Positions 52,620 to 64,000 of a stretch of 64,000 nt of DNA are shown here, in pieces. Numbering within the stretch: the first letter of the stretch is position 1; every line of letters begins with the position of its first letter. Source of the DNA: Anaeramoeba ignava BMAN (taxonomy: Eukaryota; Protista; Anaeramoebae); contig JAPDFW010000057.1 of the NCBI GenBank assembly GCA_028826165.1, positions 532,726-596,725 on the forward strand. The letters run 5' to 3'. The position numbers and the translations under genes are program-made. The notes beneath the pieces were generated by a model. It saw nothing but the letters and a program-made list of their open reading frames with translations, was not told the origin of the DNA and searched no databases.

Positions 52620-55600
52620 TTATTTTTGAAATGTTTTTAAATTCCTTTCAAAATATTTAAATGCTCCAATGCAAAATTTTAATTGAATTGATTCTGGAAA
52701 ATTCTTTTCAATTTGTTCATTTAATTGTTCATTTTCTGGTTCAATTTGAATTAAAAATTTTTTAAGTTTTTCGTTTTCATCCAAATTATCTTTTAAAAAT
52801 GTTGAAATAAATTCTTTCCAAATTCTTTCTAATTCCAAAATTTCATTTTTTGAAAATGAAGAAAATAAATTTGTCATTTCTTGTTGATAAATTGATAAAA
52901 ATTTTTTCTTGAATTTTTTTGAAATATTTGGAAAAGGATCAATAAAATATTCTTCAAATTTTTTGAGAATAAATTGAATATGTTTAATTTTTACTAAAGA
53001 TTTAAAATTTGGTGAACTTTTAGAAATTTCTTCAATTTCATGATTTTGTAAATCATTCAAAACATAATCATAAATAGTTTTTTCAAATAATTCATCTGTA
53101 ACATTTTTTGGATCAATTTTTTGAATTCCTTGCCAAATTTGTTTTACTAACTCTTGACAATTCTTTGTTTGAGAATGTTTTTCTAAATCATTTATAATTT
53201 GTTCCCATTCATTAATTGCTAATTTTTCATCTTTAAATTCTAATTTTGAAATTTGATATTGTTCAATAATTGTTTCTGAATTTGAATAAATAAATTGGTT
53301 AATCTGGTTAATCTCCAAATCTCTGAAATTTGTTAAATTCATTTTGATTTGAGAATTGATCTTAAATTCCAATATTCTGAGGAAATATTTATCAATAAAT
53401 TGATTTTTGAATTCTTTTTCAATTTTATCTGGATCAATATCTAAAATAGAAATTCCATTAAATTTTTCTATTGAAATTGGGAAAGAAATTAAAAATGGTT
53501 TTTCTTGATGATTCCATTCATGATTATTTTGTTGTATTTCTTTTAATTCTTTCATTTTTTTAATCATTTCATTATTTAATCTTATAGAATGATTTATCAT
53601 CATTTCAATAAATAAGTGATTTGGTTCATTTCCTGGTAAACAATAATCAATAATCTGATTTTCATTCATTTTTATATCTTCAAATTCTTGAGGTAATGAT
53701 TCTTTTACTATTAAATATTTAATTTCTTTCAAACATAAATTCCAAAACTTTTCAAAATCTTGATAAATTTTTGAAGATTTGTTTTTGAATCCAAATCATT
53801 TTCTTGGTTTAAAAATTCATTGATTTTCATAATTTTTGTTTCTTCTTTCTAATTTTTACCATTTAATTCATTGAAAATAATACTTGAAAATGTAAGAAAT
53901 TTTGGGAATAATTTTAGAATTTTTAGCTTATTGGAATTTTCAATTATGAAATGAATAATTGATTTTCTTCTTTCTTCTGGATTTTTGGAAATCATTAAAT
54001 CAATAATCTCAAAAATTTCATTTCTCTCAAAAGAAATAAACATCCATTTCTTTTCTGATGAACTCTTCTTAATTTCTTGAATAAGTTCATTTTTTTCAAT
54101 TTGCTCAGAAAAAATAGATTCAAGAATTTTTTGATTATTTTTTTGATAAATATCTTCCGCTATTTTTTCAAATGAATTTCTTCCTTCAATATTTTTAAAA
54201 TCTATAACGCTTTGTTTTGTTGATTTAAACTTGGATCGGAAATTTGATAATATTTGATAATAATAAATAAGTGATTCTTCTTTTGAAAACTTTAATAATT
54301 TTGTGAATATTTCAAAATCATTTTCTATGTGTTCTAAAAATGAATTAATTAAATCATCTTGATTTTTTGATTGAAAAAAAAGATCATTCAATATTGAAAT
54401 GAAATTTTTTGATGCTTTTTCAGAAATGATAATAAAGGGTAAAAAGAAACAATGAATAGCCAATCTAATAAATCTGAAAATTATTGGATTTAACTCTCGA
54501 ATTGAATAAAGTGGATTTGTATTTGGATATTTGCTGAAAGTGTAAGAAAATGGTTTTTTGAAAAAGCTTTTCTTAATTCCATCATTTTTTATTATTCTTG
54601 AATCACAAATCCTGCATTTCATTAACTTTTCTTCATTTGGCTTGTTGATAATATTAATGTGATTATTCTCACAAATAAATATCTTGTTGAGATTTTTGAT
54701 TAAATCTTCTGGAAATGTAGCTTTTGGTGTTGTTGGCCAATGTATTTCCCTCATTTCTTCAATTTTTTCTTTTTCTGTATTTCCAGTTTCAAGAATAAAT
54801 TTTAATAAAGAATAAAAAGGTTCTAAATTAATTTTAAGAAAAATTTCTGTTGTTGAAAGAATCATATGAATAATTTCTTTTGATTTAACTTTTTTATCAA
54901 TCATCCCCAAGTTTTGAGCTATCATCTGAATTTCTTCTGAACTTTCTTCAACAATTTCATCGGGAATATTTGTTAAATAATTATTTTTAATCCAAAAATT
55001 TAAAACAGTAGATTTCTTGAATAAGTTATTTGATAATCTTTTTGAATTAGAATAAGATTTGATTAGATTTTTTGCTAAATCATTTTTTTTTAATTTTCCA
55101 TTTTGAATAAAATTATTAAGTTTTTCTTTTCCATCATTTCTGTAAATATATTCTAATAAAAACAAAATCCAATCTTTTCCTTTATTTTCAAAATTAAAGT
55201 GTCTAAATTTTTGAAGGAGAATTTCTGGTTGTTTTTTCAATTCTTTTCTTAATTTTATAATTTCAACAATTTTTTTTAAATTAAAAGGTTTTTGAATAAT
55301 TTTAATTGCTGGATCTTGTTCAACTTTCATTTCTTTTTCATTTTCATTTTCTTTTTCATTTTCACTTTCACTATCACTATTACTTTCACTTTCTTTTACT
55401 TTTACTTTTTCAATTTCTTTTTCAGAATCTGAATGTGAATCTGAAGGTGAATCTGAATCTGCATCTGAATCTGAATCTGAATTTGATTTGGAGTTATTTT
55501 TTTGATTTTCATTATTTTCGTTATTTTTTTGATTTTCATTATTTTCATTATTTTCATTATTTTCATTATTTTCATCACTTTCATTATTATCATTATTATT

Positions 55601-58600
55601 ATTATTTTTATCTTCAATATCAATATCAATCTCAATCTCAATATCAATCTTATTATTTTCCACAAATTCACAAACTTTCTCAAATAATTTTTCATTTTCT
55701 TCAAAAATTTTTAAAGTATTAATTGAAACCCAATTATAAATATTATCATAAATTGTTGTTTCATCACATTTTTTTATCATTTCATTTATAACTTGAAATA
55801 TTTCATTATAATATCTTTCATTTAATTCTTCTTCTTTAAATAAATTTTCAAAAAATGTTCCTAAAACTGGATTGTAAATTAATTCTTTTTTCATTTTTAA
55901 TCCACACAAAAAACTATTTTCTAAATCTCCAACAATAAATTGCAAAAATTCTTCAACTTCTTCTCCAATTTTTTCATTTTCATTTTTAATTCCTAAAAAT
56001 TTGAATTTGAAAATTATTCTTTCAATAATAATTTTACTGAAATATTCCATGAATAATGTGAAATAACGAATTAATTTCTCAATTTTTGATTTATTCTTTT
56101 CAATTATTTTTTCTTTTGTAAAATTTATAAAATGCGTTTTAAATTCAGAAACTTTTTGAGAGCAAATTGGGCATTCATATTTTTTATTATTTTGTGTGCT
56201 TCTTTGAATTCTTCTTTGAATCTTTTTTGTATCCTTTTTTGAAATAATTCTTTCCTTAATTTTTTTATTTTGTTTTGTATTTGAACAAATTGTGATTTCT
56301 TCTTGAGAATTGAATAATATTTCTTCCATTTCTTCAAATCCATTAAAATTAGTTTCAATCCATTTTTTACTTTTTCTCCAAATTTTATTTTTTGTTAAAT
56401 CTAATATTGGAGTAAATACTGATTTAATAAATTCTTCATATTTCAATTTTTTTGGATAAATAAACAAATCTTTATTTTCTTTGATTATTTTCCTAACAGT
56501 TTTTTTTGTTCTGAAATGAAGTAAAAGCTTAATTGTTTGTTTTTTAAGAATAATAAGATGCCAAATATTAACAAATTTCTTAATTTGTTTTTGATTTTCT
56601 TTTTCATTTTGGAATTTTTGTTCTTTTTGAAGTATTTTAATCAAATTAGAGAAATTCATTGCAAAAAGAATAATTGAATTTTCATTTTCATTTTCATTTT
56701 GATTTTCATCTTCATTTTCTTCAAAGTTTAAATTTGAAAATAATTTTAAGCAATAATCAATAAAATGATAAATTGAAAAACCGTTTCCTATGAAATTTTG
56801 AGGATTTCTAAAATCTTCACTAATCATCTCCATTTGATTCCAAATTGAAAATATCATACTTAATTCTTTTTGAACAATTCCAAAATAAATTTGATGGATT
56901 TTAATCAAAAAGTTTTCTTGTTCTTGTTCTTGTTTTTGTTTTGAATTATTCATTTCAATAAATTTAACAAGATCAATATTCAATTTATCTATCATTTGAT
57001 TTTGTTCTTGTGTTAAAGTAAATCTTCGAAAATCATTTATATATCTTGAAATTAAATTTTGATTTTCAGAACAATTTATATGAAAAGTTCTATTGAGTAT
57101 TTCAATCAATCCTTTGTTTTCGTCTTGATTAAATTTATTTTCTTGGATAATAGAATAAATATGATAAGAGAATGGGAATTCAGCATTTTGAAAATCATCT
57201 TCTGGAAATAAATTAATACATGGAAAATTTCCTGTTGTTATTATATCTTTCCAAAGTTGAGAAACATCCTTTTGTTTTGAACTCAAAAGAGATAAATTTC
57301 CATTTCGATTAACATTATTTAAAAATTTTCCAAATATTTGAATTATTTTTTCAATGAATTGATGATAAAGAAAGGAATTAAATGATTGATAATTTTCTTG
57401 TTCTTTCCATTTGTTTTCAATAAATTCCATTAAATCCCATTTATAAAGTTCAATTTTATATTTCACTCCTTCTCTTATCATTGAAATTAAAGAATCGTAA
57501 ACAATTTCTTTGAAATCCTTTTGTTCTTGGATTAATTTTTTGAAATCATTCATTAGAGATTTGAATTTTAAGCTTGTAGTATCTAAAAATCTAGAAAATG
57601 ATAATCCAATAATTTCATGAAGAATAAAATCTGAAATATTCTTTTTGTTTCTCTCAAAAACTAATTCAAGTTGATTTTTTGTTGTTGTTTCAATTTGATT
57701 ATTATTATAATAATTAAATTCAATTTTTGGAGAAATTTCTTCAATATAATAATATTCCCAAAAATCTTCAAAACAAAATGAAAATTCTGTTGAATATGGA
57801 TTTGGTGAAAGATGAATAATGAATATTACATAAAAATATTGTTCTCTTTGTTGAAGAAATTTGTTAATTTCCAATTCAATCAAATATTTAGATTGATAAA
57901 AAATATGAGAAGAAATTTCATTTGGATTAAAATGAATAAGTAAAATATTTTTTCTCTCTTTCTTATTTTGGATTTGATTAAAGAATTTTCTCGAACTTCT
58001 ATTAATAATGATGAATCAGTTTCAAAATTAAGAAGATTAATTGAAAATAAATTATAATCTTCAGGTATTGGAATTTTTGGTAAATTGGTGAATGTAAAAA
58101 CAATTGAGTTTAAAATTTTATCATGAACCAATTCATTTTGAAACAAATCAAGAAAATTTTGTTTATGTAAATCAAAATAGGAACTGCATATTTGATTGAT
58201 TTGAGATGATTCTATTGAGTTTTCATTGTTTTTCAATAAAATATTTTGCAATTCAACAATTTTATCAACCTTACCAAAAGTCTAATCAACAATCCATTCC
58301 AAATTTATCAAATTGGGATTTATCAAAATTATTGTTGTTGTTATTATTGTTGTTTCTTTTTCATTTTGTTTTGAAGTTTAATTGCAAGTGTTGTGAATAA
58401 ATTATCGTTATAATTTAAAATTAAATTATTCTTTCCAATTTTTGTGAAGATAATTTTTGACATTTTCCATAATTTTTGTATTGTTTTTCTTCAAAATCTT
58501 TACAATATGAATTTTTGATAAAATCTTTTGGAATAAATAATTGTTTTTCAAATCGATTCAAAACAGCTGGTGATTCATTATCATAGGCTTCTGTTTTGAC

Positions 58601-61600
58601 TAAAACAACAATAACTCGAAAATTTTGGATCAATTTGAATTGAATTGAATTATCTCCAAATGATATTCTTGCAAATAATTTGTCTTCAATTTGAATATAA
58701 TTCTGATTAAGAAGATCATATAAAGGCTCAAAAAGTTGATTGTTATTACATAGAACAATTGTTTCTCCCTAATCTCACTCCAAATTCTACTTTTTCAAAT
58801 TTTGAATAATTCTAAGTGAGTTTCCATCTTCAGAAAAAGATGAGCCAAATAAAACAACATTTTTAGTTTTAATTTGTCTTAAAAACAACATTGAAAAGTG
58901 AAAGGTTTTCAACAAGAATCATTAAATGTCTTGAAAATTTGTGGATTTCATCTTTTAGAAAGTATGTATTTTTCTCCTTCTTTTTGAATTAAATATCCTT
59001 TCAAATTTTGTTTAATTAATGATCTTGTTTTTGGGATTTGATTAGGTTTTTGTATTCCCAAAATTTGACAAAGTTTGGTTTGTAATTTCTCAAGAAATTC
59101 TGGTTTTGATCCAAAATTTCGATAAATTGAATTCCATATTACTTGATTATCAAGATGACTTTTTTGAAATTTTGATGTTGATTTAGCAATCATTTTTAAT
59201 AAATAATAAAAATCTCTTAATCCATAATAATTCCTAATTTTTGTATTTTGACTTGCATTTTGATTTTGATTTCTTTGATTTTGATTTCTTCGATTTTGAT
59301 TTCTTCGATTTTGATTTCTTTGATTTTGATTTCTTTGATTTTGATTTTGATTTTGGTTTTGATTTGGATTTTCATTTTGATTAGAAATTATTTCAAAATA
59401 AACTTTTGCTAATTTTTCAGGAAAATCATGAGATATTAATTTAAAAGATTTGAGTATCATTTCTGAAGTTAATTTAAGTTGTTTTAATGATGGATCAGGT
59501 CTTCTTAATAAAATTCCTCTGTTTATATTTGCTGGATCTAATCTCCAATTTGAAACTGCAAGAACAGAAACTTGTTTTTCAGAATCTTGATTTTGAGAAT
59601 AATTTGTTTGTTCAAGTAGATGTTGTTTATCTGATTTTTCAAGTTCTGAATGTAAAACTTTTAAAGGTAAATCTGGACTTAATTCAGCTAATGCAACTTC
59701 ATCCAAAATAACAACAGGAATAATATCTTTTTGATCAATTTTATTTGCAAAATTTCTTGCTGAATCAAAAATATTTTTAATTCCTTTAGCTGTTGTAACA
59801 GGAGAACATTGAATATAAAAAGGTTGTAAAGCAGGAAGTCCTCTAACTCTAATAAATTGATTTTCACTTCTTGGTCTTAAAATATGCATTAAAAGTTCAA
59901 TAGAAAGTGATTTAGAAGAACCTTTTAATTTTGGTTTTATAAATGAATTTTAATTTTAATTTTAATTTTAATTTTAATTTAAATTTTAATTTTAATTTTA
60001 ATTTTAATTTTAATTTTATATTTTAATTTTAATTTTAATTTTAATTTTAATTTAAATTTTAATTTTAATTTTGATTTTGATTTAAATTTCAATTTTGATT
60101 TTAATTAAATTTTAATTATTTTAATTTTAATTTTGATTTACCTGGTTTCCCAACAATAAACAATGGAATTTGAACATAACAACAAATGAATATCAATAAC
60201 AAATTTTCTTTTAATGCTTCATTTATAGCAACTGTTCGATCATAAGTATTAATTTCAAGTGAATCAACTAAATTTGATTGAATATTTTCAATAATTTTTT
60301 TAATTTCAACTTTTTGAATATTATTTTCTCCTCTTGGAAAATTAACATATTTCTTCTGAATTTCTTTTAAAAAAATTGTTTTCCTTTCACCAACAAATCG
60401 AGTAGAATAACAAACAAATAATGATAATAAAATTGCAGAATAAACATAATAATCTCCTCTTGAATAAATTAAATATTGGCCTGCTTTATTTTCCAAAAGC
60501 CATTTAAAAATTCTTAAAGTTCTTGATGCATCTCTTAATGAAACTGAACTTTCTGAATCGATTGAGTTATCTCTAATAAAATTATGAATAAAACATATAA
60601 TGTCTGTAAAATTTAAACTTATTTCTCCTTGCTTTTCGTTCAAATTGTTTAATTGAATTTCATCTAATGTTTGTTTAACCATTTGTTCTATATATATTTT
60701 TTCAATTTCAGGTGTTAAACTTCCAAAGTCAAAAATATCTTCCAAAAAAGAATCAGGAATAGGATGAACTCTATAAACCGCTTGTTGAATTTTTCTCATT
60801 TCTTCTTGTCTTTCTCCGTAATTGAAAACTAATCCTTCATTTTTGAGTAAATATTCATTATCATCTTCTTGATTTTGATTTCTGGTTTTATATTGATAAT
60901 CATATTTGTATTTTTTTTGATTTTGATTTTTAATTGATTCTCTTAATCTATATGGGTTTGCAGCTGCTAAAAACCTAATGTTATTTGATATTGATCTTCC
61001 ATTTATTAATCTATCAATCAATATTTCTTTGAATAAAATAATACAATCTTTTGGTGCTGTATTAAATTCATCAAAGAAGATATTTACAACAATATTTTGA
61101 TTTTCATTATTTTCATTATTTTCATTATTTTCATTATTTTGATTTTCATTATTTTCATTTTGATTTTCATTTTGATTTTCATTATTTTCACAAAAATGTT
61201 CTGCTTGTTCAACAATTTCAATAATATCTTTTTGTTTAATTCCTCCATGAATATTTTTGATAAATAATTTTTGTTCCATTACTTCTTCAACCAAATATTT
61301 AATCAATGCTGTTTTTCCACAACCAGTTTCTCCTAATAAAATAACAGGAATATTTTGCAAATATTTTTTATATTGAATATAAACCATCTTCATAAAATTA
61401 TCTGAAGTTATAACATATCTTGATTTTTCGGCTTTTTTTCGGAATTTTTCTAAAAAATTGGATTTACATTCAAACATTAAAAAGTTTCAAAAACATATTC
61501 CTTTCCAATTTCAAGTTTTGTTTCACTAATTTATCGAAAAATGGAATTACATGTTGAAGACATAAGGTCTATTGAACTAAGAAAAATGAGAGATTCCATT

Positions 61601-64000
61601 TCTTTTGAATCTCTTCAATAAGATTAATCATTAATTTCTAATTTTTTTAAAACCACCAAGACATCTTTTCTTTCTTTCATTTTCACTCTTGTAGAAAAGT
61701 TTGATAGTCTTCAGTTCAGATGATTTTGATTTTCTGATTTATTTGTCCAATTTATAGAATGTTCTAAAAGTCAATATTTAAAAATGAATATAAATAAGTT
61801 CTCAAATAACATCAATAAAATTTTTAGCAAGTTTTCTTGGATTAAATTTGGTTGACGGATCTTTAATAATTGCATTATAAATGATCAAAGGAGATTGATC
61901 AATTGCAATAGGTGTTAATGATTCTCATCAAAAACCTAAGGGGTGAATTTAAATTAAAAATTCATATGAGATAATTTGAACGATATGAATTTTCATTATT
62001 TTCCATTTGCTGGTACCCTGGAAAGTTGACCACTTTTTAAAAGGCTTCAATGTTTGTAACATGTTATTTTTCGGTTTAATGGGTTCATATTACCCAGGTA
62101 TGCAACTTTTCTTTTATCTGTTTTTGAATTGTATATCTCCAATTACTTGAAAATTGGAATGTTTCGTCGCATCCATCAAGACGAGTAACCCTTTAAATTT
62201 AAACTAATTTCTAAGTTTGAAAGTTATCATTTGAGATTTGGTATCAAATGACATCATCATCATACATATCTATTTTCACTAGTTAGAAGAAAATCAAACC
62301 ATTTTCTTGACTATGTTTTCCAACAAGTTGTTGTACTGAAAATCTTGAACAAACGAGTTTTGAAAATTAATAATTAATTCATTATCACTGGTGTACATTG
62401 ATTTCTAACTGAGATTTCCATTATCTCAAATAAACTCGGTTTCTCTGATGAAAATGGGAATCACGGCTACAGTGTCAATATCGTCTTGTAAATAATATTT
62501 AATATCTCTGGAATGATACTGCTTGAAGTTCCATTTTCAATAAATTGAAATGTATATCCTCTTCTTGCCTTTTGATACGGTTTTCCTAATTGATAAGTTT
62601 CAAGACTTGTAAAATTCTTTAGTGAACAAGCTATGATATTCCTGAATAATCTGGAGAATCGTTTTCTGGAAACATTTCAGGTATTCCCTTTCTTCCAAAA
62701 TTCCAAAGTCTTTGAAATTTCTCTCTCCTGACCTTTTAAAGTTAGTTTTGTAATTTAAACTAAATTAGAATAATGACACTCTGACATGTAAAACTCCCTT
62801 CCTTTGGTTCATAATGCAAAACCATTGAATCCTTGGCCTTGGTGGTAGCTGACTTTGTGGTAGGTCTGAATTATTGCTGACTTGGATGTGCTCAGGTTCT
62901 GGTGGATGGTAAATCAGTGCTGATTTCTGACTGCCCTTTCTTCATTTGACATAGAGAATTGCTCTGATCCCTCAGGCACATAAACTCCTGTAACTTGGAA
63001 CATAGTCATTCCCTTCTTTATGCCTGAGGTAAATTGAATACATTTTCTTGAGCCTGATTCAAAATAACATAAACAGCGTCGTGACATATCATAACTTGTC
63101 TCCTTCTGAATAAATAACTAACCCATAAATATATATTTTAGATCAATTTACAAAATCTTTCCTCAAATTAAGTTAAATTTATTTCTTTTAATCTAACTTG
63201 TTTCTGATAATTTTGAGGCTCTTTTCTTCTTCATAAATCAACTGATGAACTGACTCTCCTGAACTGGAAACAAATTCTGGAAGGCAAGTACTCTGATGTA
63301 AAATCAAACAATTTATCTCTGAGCTTCATTAATTAAACTAATTCTTTTCTAATTCTCTGTTTCTTGAATTCTGATTTAAATAATGTAAAAGTGTGTAGGG
63401 AAATTTGGAATTTCTTCGAATGTTTTAACAAAACACTTTTAAAGGAATTTGCACTATCTTTTAGTGGAGAAATTTAATGGATGATCAGCAAGTTTCTTTT
63501 CTGAATTTCCTTTTCCATTCAATCTGTGTTCTTTTGAAAATCTTTAGTGAATTAATTGTAATTCATCATTTATTCGAGAATTAATGTGGTAAAATTCTTT
63601 TCTCGATGATTTTGGAAGGAAAGTTAAATGGAACAATAATGAAATTGAGGAAGAGTTTCTCAATTATTAAAGCTCACTTCTGAACCAAATAGTAATTCCT
63701 TTAATTATTTTCTCATCCAAAGCACAACATTATTACACTTGAAAGCAAAAGAAAACTTGTTGATCATCTGGAGATTTTCCTTCTCTGAAACTTGAAAACA
63801 TATAAATCTTCATATAAAGGATTTGTAGACTGGAATCGAATCATTCTAATTTCACAAAGAAAATTCATTTTCATTTTCTAAATCATTAAAATTCATTTCG
63901 CTCTCAGTTTCACCTGCTTCTAAAATTGAGTGTCACCTCCAACTAAAACATTTCGGTAAAATTTTCCACCAGTTTTCGTTGTTGACTGACTTTTGGTCTT
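52620..64000 (-). CDS. RNF213/mysterin-like giant AAA+ ATPase (partial, multiply frameshifted as assembled)
   Basis: YVITSDNFMKM, IPVILLGETGCGKT, IFFDEFN, AAANPYR, YRVHPIP, FDFGSL, VSLRD, NEALKEN, IPLFIVGKPG|SSKS, QCSP, ILDEVALAE..PLKVLH, SNWRLDPA..NRG, YGLRDFYYLLK, LYDLLNQNY and LNRFEKQ occur in RNF213 order. Intron 59922-60141. Breaks near 58.9, 58.4, 57.9 and 53.8 kb; sequence above 61.5 kb is heavily corrupted, so assignment there is weak. Confidence 0.88.

Noticed and set aside
44181-61477. Inteins in the AAA ATPases
   Set aside because: After splicing, the Walker A/B regions are contiguous. No Hint-like C...HN boundaries or LAGLIDADG motifs were seen.

Overview
Gene-dense, extremely AT-rich eukaryotic (protist) nuclear DNA with GT-AG spliceosomal introns and the standard genetic code. 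Composition, NQ/NE low-complexity tracts and Inr-like TCATTT promoters suggest an anaerobic metamonad such as Anaeramoeba (inference, unconfirmed). Thirteen protein genes can be reconstructed: a partial tandem-SH3 protein, a TAF8/TAF3-like histone-fold protein, a DOCK GEF, a VPS9 GEF, Rab6, telomerase reverse transcriptase (TERT), EPG5, a BEACH-WD40 protein, Rab14, a bacterial-type double-AAA ATPase, a membrane metallophosphoesterase, a cAMP-receptor-like GPCR, and a partial RNF213/mysterin-like giant AAA+ protein. A box C/D snoRNA missed by the ORF track lies at about 2613-2716 (minus). Most notable: (i) the RNF213-like protein keeps its AAA motor motifs but its RING and RZ ligase fingers are degenerate; (ii) several introns are inflated to 0.6-1.8 kb by intron-specific tandem repeats running flush to the splice sites; (iii) tandem Inr-like motifs precede almost every start codon; (iv) six co-directional genes, five for membrane trafficking plus TERT, are very tightly packed. 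Scattered single-base frameshifts and a heavily corrupted last 2.5 kb most likely reflect long-read consensus errors. All homology calls come from motif recognition by eye, not database searches.
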